A stretch of DNA of 64,000 nt from IMG/VR virus record IMGVR_UViG_3300009136_000001, positions 1 to 64,000 of that record. One strand, written 5' to 3'. Under the pieces are notes generated by a model. It saw only the letters and a list, made by a program, of their open reading frames with translations. It made no database searches and was not told the origin of the DNA. This DNA is from a virus. The position numbers and the translations under genes are program-made. This document shows, in pieces, positions 49,324-56,624 of this stretch (the first letter of the stretch is position 1; each line of letters begins with the position of its first letter).

Positions 49324-49539
49324 TCCCCGGTTCTCTATCCCTGTCCATGGGTGAGCATCAGGTTTATTCGGCAACTCTCGTGGTTCCCAAGATAGGATTG
49401 TTCCAGCTCCAGTGCCTGAATAAAAATCAAACAGAACGATACCCGGTTCATCTTCGCTATGGCATCCTATGACTGTTACGATTTCATCCATGTAGAGAAT
49501 TTCTGCAGTAATGGGTTGTCCAGGTGTAGGGAGTTCCAT
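49318..49539 (-). CDS. Hypothetical protein convergent on vRNAP
   Basis: 73 aa; GAGGA RBS upstream. Confidence 0.55.
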   Translation of the reverse strand: MELPTPGQPITAEILYMDEIVTVIGCHSEDEPGIVLFDFYSGTGAGTILSWEPRELPNKPDAHPWTGIENRGL

Positions 49540-49558
49540 GCGTGTATCCTCTAAGGGT

Positions 49559-49627
49559 TGGGGTGAGGCGGGGAATCGAACCCCTCCCCACGAGTCACAG
49601 TCGTAGGTCTTCCCTGAAGTACCTCAC
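49559..49627 (-). tRNA. tRNA-His(GUG), atypical (69 nt, reduced D arm, 4-bp T stem)
   Basis: GTGAGGT/GCCTCAC acceptor, TACGA-CTGTGAC-TCGTG, TTCGATT loop, C73, encoded CCA. Confidence 0.7.
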
Positions 49628-49636
49628 AGCCGAAAT

Positions 49637-49707
49637 TGGTAGCGGGAATGGGAACTGCCCCCACCTGCCACAGGTTATGAGCCTGGGCTTCTCTATTGAA
49701 CCCCGCA
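49637..49707 (-). tRNA. tRNA-CAU (fMet-like), atypical D arm and T loop
   Basis: TGCGGGG/TCCCGCT with 1:72 mismatch, CAGG-CTCATAA-CCTG, T loop GGCAGTT, ACCA end. Confidence 0.65.
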
Positions 49708-49713
49708 CTAAAT

Positions 49714-49788
49714 TGGCTCCAGAGGCTGGGATCGAACCAACGACAAGCGACTTAACAGGCCGCTGCTCTACCGCTGAGCTACACTGGA
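49714..49788 (-). tRNA. tRNA-Asn(GUU)
   Basis: Canonical cloverleaf, loop CTGTTAA, G73, CCA. Confidence 0.9.
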
Positions 49789-49790
49789 AT

Positions 49791-49867
49791 TGGTTGTCAG
49801 AGCTGGACTCGAACCAGCGACCCAGCGCTTATCGAGCGCTTGCTCTACCAAACTGAGCTATCCGACA
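49791..49867 (-). tRNA. tRNA-Ile(GAU)
   Basis: Canonical cloverleaf, loop TCGATAA (C33), A73, CCA. Confidence 0.85.
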
Positions 49868-49872
49868 AAAGC

Positions 49873-49920
49873 GTCAACGAGATCTGCGGTGCGGGCTTCA
49901 CCCGTTGACTATGCACCGCA
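49873..49920 (-). ncRNA. Pseudoknotted element 5' of the tRNA cluster
   Basis: tgcggtgc/gcaccgca (8 bp) crossed with gtcaac(g)/(c)gttgac, plus nested ggg/ccc. Confidence 0.45.
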
Positions 49921-49997
49921 CGTAGGTATGAAGTACTGTAACCAGTATCCCATGTTAAAGCAAAAGAATCCATACAGATTGATAATTATTATTATTC

Positions 49998-50438
49998 TCA
50001 TTTTCGCATGAACTCCCTGATAAACGTTTTGTAGTGCGTCCACCCGTGCCAACGGTAACCGTATTCTCGGATCCGTGGGCCTGTTAGAAACAGTGTCCAG
50101 GCAGTGTCAGTTGTGAGGATTAAGCGATGCATCATTCTGGGGTTCCGAAAGTAAGGTATACCCCTGTGGAGTACTCGACTGACTTCGATACCTTCAGCAT
50201 TCTCATACAATTCGGTAAGTCCGCCTTTCAACTTAAAGCTCACATTCCACCAAGGGTGGTCATGCAACGCTCCAGCAAAATCACTGCCCCGGAATCGGTG
50301 CAGATAGATGTTGAAATATTTATTCCGAGGAATGATATACCAGCGGTCTAAGTAGTTACGACCGATTGTACGCATGTACGGAGTGGATCTGTCTTTTCCG
50401 TTATCTTTCATCATTGCCTCGTATGAACTATCGTACAT
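49998..50438 (-). CDS. Cupin-fold phage protein
   Basis: NIYLH..SD...LHDHPW....LKGGLTE...HRL..WTLFLTGP. Confidence 0.7.
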   Translation of the reverse strand: MYDSSYEAMMKDNGKDRSTPYMRTIGRNYLDRWYIIPRNKYFNIYLHRFRGSDFAGALHDHPWWNVSFKLKGGLTELYENAEGIEVSRVLHRGIPYFRNPRMMHRLILTTDTAWTLFLTGPRIREYGYRWHGWTHYKTFIREFMRK

Positions 50439-50472
50439 TATTTATGAACTTTCATTAATAATGGACAGAGAT

Positions 50473-50540
50473 AAAAAATGAACGCCCTACGCTTCGGCGA
50501 TACTGCACGGTCAGGAAACCAACGGTGGGCAGGGCGTTCA
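50473..50540 (-). terminator. Terminator-like 10-bp stem enclosing a 42-nt structured loop
   Basis: tgaacgccct/agggcgttca followed by U6 on the - strand. Confidence 0.55.
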
Positions 50541-50565
50541 ACTACTACATAATCCTTGGGTAGGA

Positions 50566-50748
50566 TTATTCTTCGACAGTTTCCCCTTCTGGAACGGAGG
50601 ATACTGTTTCTTCTTCACTCACTGGATCACACGCTTCCTCTGCAGGAGGCGGGTTTAACCCAAGCTGATCTCTCAGCGATTCGTTCTCAGCTTCGAGAGC
50701 GATATTACGTTGCTTCAAGCGAACGTTTGCTTCTTCTAACGAGGGCAT
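50566..50748 (-). CDS. Small coiled-coil/acidic protein
   Basis: AGGA RBS; 60 aa. Confidence 0.55.
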   Translation of the reverse strand: MPSLEEANVRLKQRNIALEAENESLRDQLGLNPPPAEEACDPVSEEETVSSVPEGETVEE

Positions 50749-50756
50749 ATTATGTC

Positions 50757-50930
50757 CTATGTTGTGGGTGAATCAATTCTTTCACAGTAAGCTTCAACTG
50801 ATTGCTTACCGTATTCGGGTCTTCCTTTCACAGCCCAGGCTCGCATAAGCTGCCTGACTTGCTTTCGGAATTCCCAAGGTGATCTATTACAATGCTGACA
50901 CTCGTAAACGAAGTCATGGGAGTTCTTCAT
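50757..50930 (-). CDS. Small CxxC protein (start MKNSHD)
   Basis: TAATG coupling; CQHC. Confidence 0.5.
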   Translation of the reverse strand: MKNSHDFVYECQHCNRSPWEFRKQVRQLMRAWAVKGRPEYGKQSVEAYCERIDSPTT

Positions 50931-51010
50931 TATCCCAGGATATGTCCAAACAGGAATATAGCAAAACATTGCCACGGGTAGTTACCCAGGATGAATTCGA
51001 GACCTTCCAT
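50930..51010 (-). CDS. 26-aa hydrophobic peptide MEGLEFILGNYPWQCFAIFLFGHILG
   Basis: TAATG overlaps on both sides. Confidence 0.5.
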   Translation of the reverse strand: MEGLEFILGNYPWQCFAIFLFGHILG

Positions 51011-51093
51011 TAGAACAGGGCGAATCCGATTAATATTCCGACAGGGTAAGCCAGAGCTGCGGCAAGATACCACAGAATTGTGTCAGTAGTCAT
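51010..51093 (-). CDS. 27-aa TM peptide MTTDTILWYLAAALAYPVGILIGFALF
   Basis: GAGGA RBS, single TM, TAATG coupling. Confidence 0.5.
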   Translation of the reverse strand: MTTDTILWYLAAALAYPVGILIGFALF

Positions 51094-51304
51094 TAGCGCA
51101 TTCCTCGCAGGTACCATCACCTGAGTCTTCGTGAATTTCACACCACCAACCGCAGTCTTCGCAGTTGAAGATCCATTGATCGAACTCATTCGCAAACTCG
51201 GAATCGGATTCTAAAAAGTCCCGATCGTCATCGCTGAGGCATTGGCATGTACCTTGGTACATTTCGACCATGGTGTCGATGCGTGCGTTATCAAACTGGT
51301 TCAT
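51083..51304 (-). CDS. Zn-ribbon protein
   Basis: CEDCGWWC...CEEC. Confidence 0.6.
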   Translation of the reverse strand: MNQFDNARIDTMVEMYQGTCQCLSDDDRDFLESDSEFANEFDQWIFNCEDCGWWCEIHEDSGDGTCEECANDY

Positions 51305-51594
51305 GCGATTGCTACTTCTTCGATCCAGACGATTTCCTTACGTCCACTGACACTGTTCTCACGACGGAGACCTGAGTCACGGATTAAACCTTTGCGTACC
51401 ATGGGTCGCCATCTTGGGCTGGTAGCATTTGCTAAGCGTCCGAGCATAGTTGCTGCTTCGGTATTGGTGATGCCTTGACTACCAGCATTCTGAACCAGGG
51501 TTAAGCATTCCTGCTCACCTTTGTTAGCGCGAACGGCATTCGCTGCGTCAACTGAGGTATCGGGATCGTTAATTCGGTATTGACCATTACTCAT
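51301..51594 (-). CDS. Winged-HTH DNA-binding protein
   Basis: RINDPDTSVDAA, GITNTEAA, KGLIRDSG.RR..SGR..VW. Confidence 0.65.
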   Translation of the reverse strand: MSNGQYRINDPDTSVDAANAVRANKGEQECLTLVQNAGSQGITNTEAATMLGRLANATSPRWRPMVRKGLIRDSGLRRENSVSGRKEIVWIEEVAIA

Positions 51595-51794
51595 GAGTCT
51601 ATTTCTCCGTATTTGCGGGGGTTGTTAAAATTGGGAACTACGCCAGTGCGTTGTTCAGTAATCTTGATATCTTTGAGTCCCAGGGTGCGTAGATACACAG
51701 CCATTTGTTGTTTGGCATCATCATGGTTCTTCGCCGGGAAGCGCTTCATGATTGTGGCTTCGACCTTGGCTTGTACATCAAATTTCTTATCCAT
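51591..51794 (-). CDS. Hypothetical protein
   Basis: Coupled 67-aa ORF. Confidence 0.55.
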   Translation of the reverse strand: MDKKFDVQAKVEATIMKRFPAKNHDDAKQQMAVYLRTLGLKDIKITEQRTGVVPNFNNPRKYGEIDS

Positions 51795-52128
51795 CGTTAC
51801 CTGCCAGGGATTTAGTTAGATCGGACATGCGTTCACCCTTCTCTAAAGAGATACAGTAGCCTTGTTCGGTCATTGCCCAGAATAGGCCAGTACAGGTTTC
51901 ACACATATGGAAATCTGCCATTGCAATTTCGTCACCGTGGATCCTTTCCTCGATGTCTGTTTCAGTTCGTCTGGTTTTCCCGAAGGTGCCGCAATCATCA
52001 CCAATTTTAATGACTTCTTTGCAGCTGAAGCAACGCTTGTTTCGTGAAGTGTTGAGGGGAGCGAAGTCGATGGGTGCTGTGTAGTACCAGCCATAGTCTC
52101 CGAAACCACAATCACAGGATACGCTCAT
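51787..52128 (-). CDS. Cys-rich putative Zn-binding protein
   Basis: SCDC, CFSC, CETC. Confidence 0.6.
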   Translation of the reverse strand: MSVSCDCGFGDYGWYYTAPIDFAPLNTSRNKRCFSCKEVIKIGDDCGTFGKTRRTETDIEERIHGDEIAMADFHMCETCTGLFWAMTEQGYCISLEKGERMSDLTKSLAGNDG

Positions 52129-52298
52129 TAGTCATCTCTCACGGATAGAACATTCAGGTTGTAGGAAGCACAGATAGACCAATCAAAGATTTCGGACAGG
52201 GATAGTTGCTCAGCCTGGTCGGTAGCATCTTCATCGGTCTCGGCGTTGATCGGTACTTCAGTATCGAATTCGATACTAACGGTCACCCACTTCTTCAT
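52128..52298 (-). CDS. 56-aa acidic hypothetical protein (MKKWVTVSIEF...)
   Basis: GAGGAG RBS; TAATG coupling; below ORF-track cutoff. Confidence 0.55.
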   Translation of the reverse strand: MKKWVTVSIEFDTEVPINAETDEDATDQAEQLSLSEIFDWSICASYNLNVLSVRDD

Positions 52299-52435
52299 AA
52301 GTGTAGCTCCTCTATTGTCCAGATGTAACCAGGTGGAAAGCCTTGAGTGCGTTGACGCGCTGAAGAGTAATTCGTTGCACGGAATACCATCTCTTGACGG
52401 TTACCGTTAAAGATTTTTATCTTCCACCAGCGCAT
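52295..52435 (-). CDS. 46-aa hypothetical protein (MRWWKIKIF...)
   Basis: GAGGA RBS; ATGA coupling. Confidence 0.5.
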   Translation of the reverse strand: MRWWKIKIFNGNRQEMVFRATNYSSARQRTQGFPPGYIWTIEELHL

Positions 52436-52959
52436 AACAGTTCCTCATATGGCATATTGTGTTCGTTGATGACATTCCAAAGAGCCATGTCTTCCCAATA
52501 TTTCTCTTGGATCTCATCCTCTCGGTAGGTCGAGATGGGAAAGAAATCCCACTTTGAAGAAGCATTTATGTTTCTTTTGGATTGCTTGAAGGGGGAAAAG
52601 TCCACTTTTTCAAATAAAGCAACATATGTGGGCATAAAGAATGTGCCGTACCACCATTGATCTATCTGTGGCTTCCAGAGATCGACATCTTTTGAGTCTT
52701 CATCACTGAGTACACGGTCAATATACGCTTCCCAGGATATTGTGGGCCTATCTCCTGCAGCGTATATGACATTGTTTAGCATGTAGTAGGCACTGTGTAG
52801 CCTCCTAATGGGATCTCTCAACCAAACTACACGATTGGGTATGCTGAGTGCTTCGTCCGCTGTAATCGATCTACGGAAGGTCGAGGACAGTAGTTTGGAC
52901 GCATTCCGGCGAATCTGCATGATGCAGGTATCCGGAGCAACCATTGTCCACTTGTTCAC
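52417..52959 (-). CDS. Sulfotransferase family 2-like protein
   Basis: IRRNASK (5'-PSB-like), LRDPIRRLHSAY (3'-PB), WKPQ, YWED. Confidence 0.6.
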   Translation of the reverse strand: MNKWTMVAPDTCIMQIRRNASKLLSSTFRRSITADEALSIPNRVVWLRDPIRRLHSAYYMLNNVIYAAGDRPTISWEAYIDRVLSDEDSKDVDLWKPQIDQWWYGTFFMPTYVALFEKVDFSPFKQSKRNINASSKWDFFPISTYREDEIQEKYWEDMALWNVINEHNMPYEELLCAGGR

Positions 52960-53534
52960 TTAGCGCGATCTCCGTAGTACTTGTTGATGATTTCGTCCAT
53001 GTCTACTTTGGGGTTATTTAGATCACCCCACATGAGCATTTCGCTGTTCCATACTTCATCAGCGATATCTGATTGCTTGGATTCGACAATCATACGTTCC
53101 AGAACAGCCAGGGCATTCCAGGCAAGGTGAGCTTGATGGAGCAGATCGGTATCCTGATCTGACATTTCTCCCATCTTGTCCTTCATCCAGTGGCGGAGTA
53201 AGGCGTCATCGTAGCGCTCAAGTCCGTTGGGGACATCTTGCCAGCCGTTGTCGCTGTATTTGTTGGCACCATAGGTACCGATTTCGCAGACAGCCCAGAG
53301 TGCATGTGCAAATGCGCCCAGTACTAATGAGGGACGGATCTTGCCAGAGTCCAGTTTGGCTCCTGCTTCATGTGCTCCTCGGCCTGTGGGATCTGTTTCC
53401 ATACCGGGTGGGATATGGTATTCCACTGCGTCGTCGATAGGGCCAAAAGTGGTGGTGTTGAATTCGTCATCAGGTGTGACTTCGTGCTTGATCATGCTAT
53501 ACCTCGTTGCAGTATTTTTCCCAATCGATGACAT
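52956..53534 (-). CDS. dATP/dGTP diphosphohydrolase (DUF5664) domain protein
   Basis: GAKLDSGK, YGANKYSDNGW, RYDDALLRH, DTDLLHQAHLAWNALA. Confidence 0.85.
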   Translation of the reverse strand: MSSIGKNTATRYSMIKHEVTPDDEFNTTTFGPIDDAVEYHIPPGMETDPTGRGAHEAGAKLDSGKIRPSLVLGAFAHALWAVCEIGTYGANKYSDNGWQDVPNGLERYDDALLRHWMKDKMGEMSDQDTDLLHQAHLAWNALAVLERMIVESKQSDIADEVWNSEMLMWGDLNNPKVDMDEIINKYYGDRAK

Positions 53535-53709
53535 TATTCTCAGCGAGGTGGGTAAGTAAAGTGGTCATTGCGTATTGCAATTGAGTGATGCTGGCCCGTA
53601 ATTGTTCCAGTTCACCTTGGTGGTAATCCATGTAAGGTTCTACGATATTCCAGTCACGGATAGCTCTTTGGATTTCATTGCGATCTGGGTTTTTAATTTC
53701 GTCAGTCAT
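53497..53709 (-). CDS. Hypothetical protein (start MTDEIK)
   Basis: ATGA coupling; AGGA RBS. Confidence 0.5.
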   Translation of the reverse strand: MTDEIKNPDRNEIQRAIRDWNIVEPYMDYHQGELEQLRASITQLQYAMTTLLTHLAENNVIDWEKYCNEV

Positions 53710-54005
53710 ACTGGGATTCCTACGTCTCTGCGCCAAGCGCAATAGTCAGTTGATCCATCCATGATCTCAGACCATGGGTTAGGGAGGTCAATCTCAAAGC
53801 AGTAGCGTGCAGCACTGGAAGGGATTAAGTTGATTTGATGGATATCCGTGGTTCTGCTTACGGAGCCATCATCGTTGAATACTTCTCTGGCAACAAATAC
53901 ACCAGTGCCATGTGGCAAGTAGTAGCGTCTACCAAGCTCAAGCGGCGACATCGTAGATTCGAACCAGGGTTGTACCCATGCGTTGAAAGGTCGCTTTGCC
54001 AGCAA
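53706..54005 (-). CDS. Hypothetical protein
   Basis: ORF in a contiguous - strand chain; start uncertain. Confidence 0.45.
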   Translation of the reverse strand: MLAKRPFNAWVQPWFESTMSPLELGRRYYLPHGTGVFVAREVFNDDGSVSRTTDIHQINLIPSSAARYCFEIDLPNPWSEIMDGSTDYCAWRRDVGIPV

Positions 54006-54204
54006 TGATTACAGGCTTGGGACGGTGTTGAAACAGGGAGTACATGTTACCGCGATGGGTAAAGCGCTTACCCTTGGAGATACATACTCCTTTGAAGAAG
54101 TTGATTACGCCAGTGTGACGGTTCCTTGAAGAACGCTTGTTCTTTTTGGTACGACGTAACTCAATCGGCTTGTCGATCCTTTCTTGTTTCTGTTGGCGCA
54201 TCAT
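53938..54204 (-). CDS. Basic hypothetical protein (start MMRQQK)
   Basis: GGAGGG RBS; Arg/Lys rich. Confidence 0.45.
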   Translation of the reverse strand: MMRQQKQERIDKPIELRRTKKNKRSSRNRHTGVINFFKGVCISKGKRFTHRGNMYSLFQHRPKPVIIAGKATFQRMGTTLVRIYDVAA

Positions 54205-54385
54205 GTCCCTCCAGGGGTGGAGCACGGTGATATGAAATGATTAAATAAAGGCAGAAGAACAAGAACACTACTGCAAGAACAGGAAAGATAAACAGACTGA
54301 ATAACACGCTAAATGTGATTACTGCTGTGATCGCCGCTGCTCCGAGCAATGTCCATGCTCTCTGCTTCCAGCTGAGGTGTTGCAC
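54161..54385 (-). CDS. Small membrane protein
   Basis: Long hydrophobic stretch (two TM). Confidence 0.6.
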   Translation of the reverse strand: MQHLSWKQRAWTLLGAAAITAVITFSVLFSLFIFPVLAVVFLFFCLYLIISYHRAPPLEGHDAPTETRKDRQAD

Positions 54386-54597
54386 TACTCGTGATCGGCG
54401 AAGTTCAGCGGGCCTCGGTCAGGTTCGGACTTCTTTGCAACTTTGGGTAGCATTTCGATGTTGGCTGTAACTTCACCAGACTTACGAGCCTTGGTAAAAT
54501 CAACAGTGCAATCGAAACTCTCTACGTCGAATCCTTGGGATCCAATGTAGGATACTACTGCAGCGCGTACGTCTGCGTCTTGAAGAGATATTTTCAC
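54385..54597 (-). CDS. N4-like conserved small protein
   Basis: KISL..ADVRAAV..YI..QG...VDFT..RK.GEVTANI; follows the resolvase. Confidence 0.6.
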   Translation of the reverse strand: MKISLQDADVRAAVVSYIGSQGFDVESFDCTVDFTKARKSGEVTANIEMLPKVAKKSEPDRGPLNFADHE

Positions 54598-54612
54598 GGA
54601 TGGTACCTGTTG

Positions 54613-55089
54613 TTAGTGGGTTATTGCGTAATGCGCTATCATTAGTGCATCTGACTTACCATCTTGCAATCCGCCGAACTTACCGTGGATTACAACGTCA
54701 GGGTAAAGAGCCTTGCAGCGTTCAGCTACAAGTTGTTTCAGGATTTTCTGTCGGTCTTTTTTTATATCTTTTGGAAGGACAGCTCCAATATGTGCTTGCC
54801 AGACTTTCGGCGTGACATAGTTGAGAGTTGCCCCGGTACAATTGATAATGGTTTCCGACACACCAAGGTTCCGTCCAAATTGGAAGTTCGATTTTGCAGA
54901 CATACCGTACAGGCTGTGCACATCCTCGATATAGATCTTTGGATCCCGTTCGATCACTAAAGGACGAAGGGTATGGTACAGATCATATGCTTGGGTTTTG
55001 TTGGCGAAGAATGTTGCTTCACCAGTATCCGGGGACAGGACACAAATGTATCCTGTTGCCCCCGGATCTATACCGACAGTGCGGAGCAT
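54613..55089 (-). CDS. RuvC-like Holliday junction resolvase
   Basis: VGIDPG..G, IYIEDVH, VTPKVWQ, DGKSDALMIAHY. Confidence 0.85.
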   Translation of the reverse strand: MLRTVGIDPGATGYICVLSPDTGEATFFANKTQAYDLYHTLRPLVIERDPKIYIEDVHSLYGMSAKSNFQFGRNLGVSETIINCTGATLNYVTPKVWQAHIGAVLPKDIKKDRQKILKQLVAERCKALYPDVVIHGKFGGLQDGKSDALMIAHYAITH

Positions 55090-55802
55090 TAGCTGAACAG
55101 GCTACTTGTAGCTTGCCCTGCGTCAGCAGCGCTTGCAACTCCTGGATCACCAGCAACAGATACTGTACGATCTTTGACAGTGCCAGTGTTCTTGGCAGCC
55201 CACTTTTCAGCAAACTCACCTTTTGACAGGCCAGCTTTCTTTTCAACAGTGGTGCATCCGGTACCGTGTTCGAAGAACTTGTCGATAACCAGTTGGTCAC
55301 GGGTTTCAGCGGTGGGAACGTAAACACCTTCGGCATTCTTGACGTTCTTGTTGACAGTTTCCTTGATGACACCGACAGCGATTTTCTTGCCGATCAGTGA
55401 AGTCAGAACCTGCTTGCTCTGAAGAGTTTCTTTCTTCAGGTCGAAGTCATAAACGGGGATTTCACGAGCTTCAGGGACGATGCTTGCCAGTTCTTCACCA
55501 GCAGCGAGTTGAGTCAGCGATGCTGCGACAAGGTAACCAGGAAGGTATTGCTTGTTGCCGTTGCGGTCGATGTAGAAGTTTTTCTTGCCCTTCTTCACGC
55601 CACTGGTCATCCATAAGGTGTTACGGATGTTGCGACCATCGCTTGTTGCCAGGGACAGGATCAGTCCCAGAGCGCCACCTTGTGACTCTTCGACATAAGC
55701 CATTTCAATGGCAGTATCGTAAAGACCGGAGTCAGGCATTCCACCACCAAGGCGATCTGTTTCATCAGCGATTTCGCTGTCTTTCTGTAAATTTTCAAAC
55801 AT
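55089..55802 (-). CDS. ssb: Single-stranded DNA-binding protein (N4 gp45-like)
   Basis: DSGLY..I.MAY..S.GGA, KQYLPGY, C-terminal SSLFS; synteny. Confidence 0.85.
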   Translation of the reverse strand: MFENLQKDSEIADETDRLGGGMPDSGLYDTAIEMAYVEESQGGALGLILSLATSDGRNIRNTLWMTSGVKKGKKNFYIDRNGNKQYLPGYLVAASLTQLAAGEELASIVPEAREIPVYDFDLKKETLQSKQVLTSLIGKKIAVGVIKETVNKNVKNAEGVYVPTAETRDQLVIDKFFEHGTGCTTVEKKAGLSKGEFAEKWAAKNTGTVKDRTVSVAGDPGVASAADAGQATSSLFS

Positions 55803-55850
55803 GAGTTTTTGTCTCGTTGTTGTGATTGATGTTTCGCCCTCTCGCAAGGG

Positions 55851-56558
55851 CTATGCGTAGTACTCTTCCAAGCGTTTCGTAACAAACAGGATGTCGTTAT
55901 CGATGTACTTTTCGTTGTCAGCCCAGAGACCCATGGAAGATCTCATTTTGTCATTGACGGTATCCTTGTCGATAAACGTTTGGAAGACATATTTGAAGCC
56001 GAGTTCCTTTTCTCGGTCGGTGATATTGAGAAGGTCATTCTCCATCGTCAGCTTGGTCAGAGGTATTTTCTTGCTTCCGATGATGGTTGTGAAGTCAGCT
56101 TCGACTCCAGTGGCACCAACAGATCCTTTGACCGGAACTTTGATTTCGGTGACCATCTCACTTTCGTTGTACACATCCTTGGTATGAGCAAAGATGATGT
56201 AATTCTTCGTGCCAGCTTTGATGGCGTGCATGAACTGCTTGTAGAACTGGGCATAGTTACCCCAAGCTTTCATGGTATTGGTTGCTTTCTGCACGTACTG
56301 AGTTTCGTACTGATCCATGAGGAAAGTCATGGTATCCAGGACGACAGTTTCCATTGCGTCGTTGGCTTCGATTTCAGCGATAGCTTGATGGATGATCATC
56401 GGATCGGTGATCTTCAGTTCAGTGAACTTTGCACGGAAGGGGAGATCCTTCAGGTCAGTGTTCAAATAAACCAGACTGTCGTCATTAGCTGCTTTCAGCA
56501 ATGAAGTTGATTTGCCAGAGGCAGGTTTGCCCGTGCATAATACAATGCGATTATTCAT
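55851..56558 (-). CDS. AAA ATPase (N4 gp44/Sak4-like)
   Basis: Walker A GKPASGKS, Walker B VVLD, VPVKGS..GVEADF. Confidence 0.85.
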   Translation of the reverse strand: MNNRIVLCTGKPASGKSTSLLKAANDDSLVYLNTDLKDLPFRAKFTELKITDPMIIHQAIAEIEANDAMETVVLDTMTFLMDQYETQYVQKATNTMKAWGNYAQFYKQFMHAIKAGTKNYIIFAHTKDVYNESEMVTEIKVPVKGSVGATGVEADFTTIIGSKKIPLTKLTMENDLLNITDREKELGFKYVFQTFIDKDTVNDKMRSSMGLWADNEKYIDNDILFVTKRLEEYYA

Positions 56559-56576
56559 AGAGTATAGGTTCCAGGG

Positions 56577-56624
56577 TTAAGGAGTACGTTGGAGCAGCGT
56601 AGCTGCGTAAACGTGCGACGTTAA
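56577..56624 (+). promoter_or_regulatory. ssDNA hairpin with G.A internal loops and C-GTA-G triloop
   Basis: gcagc-GTA-gctgc(56594-56606), gtacgtt/aacgtgc, GA/GA loop, ttaa/ttaa. Confidence 0.55.

Noticed and set aside
49542-50011. + strand ORFs over the tRNA region
   Set aside because: Antisense to tRNA genes
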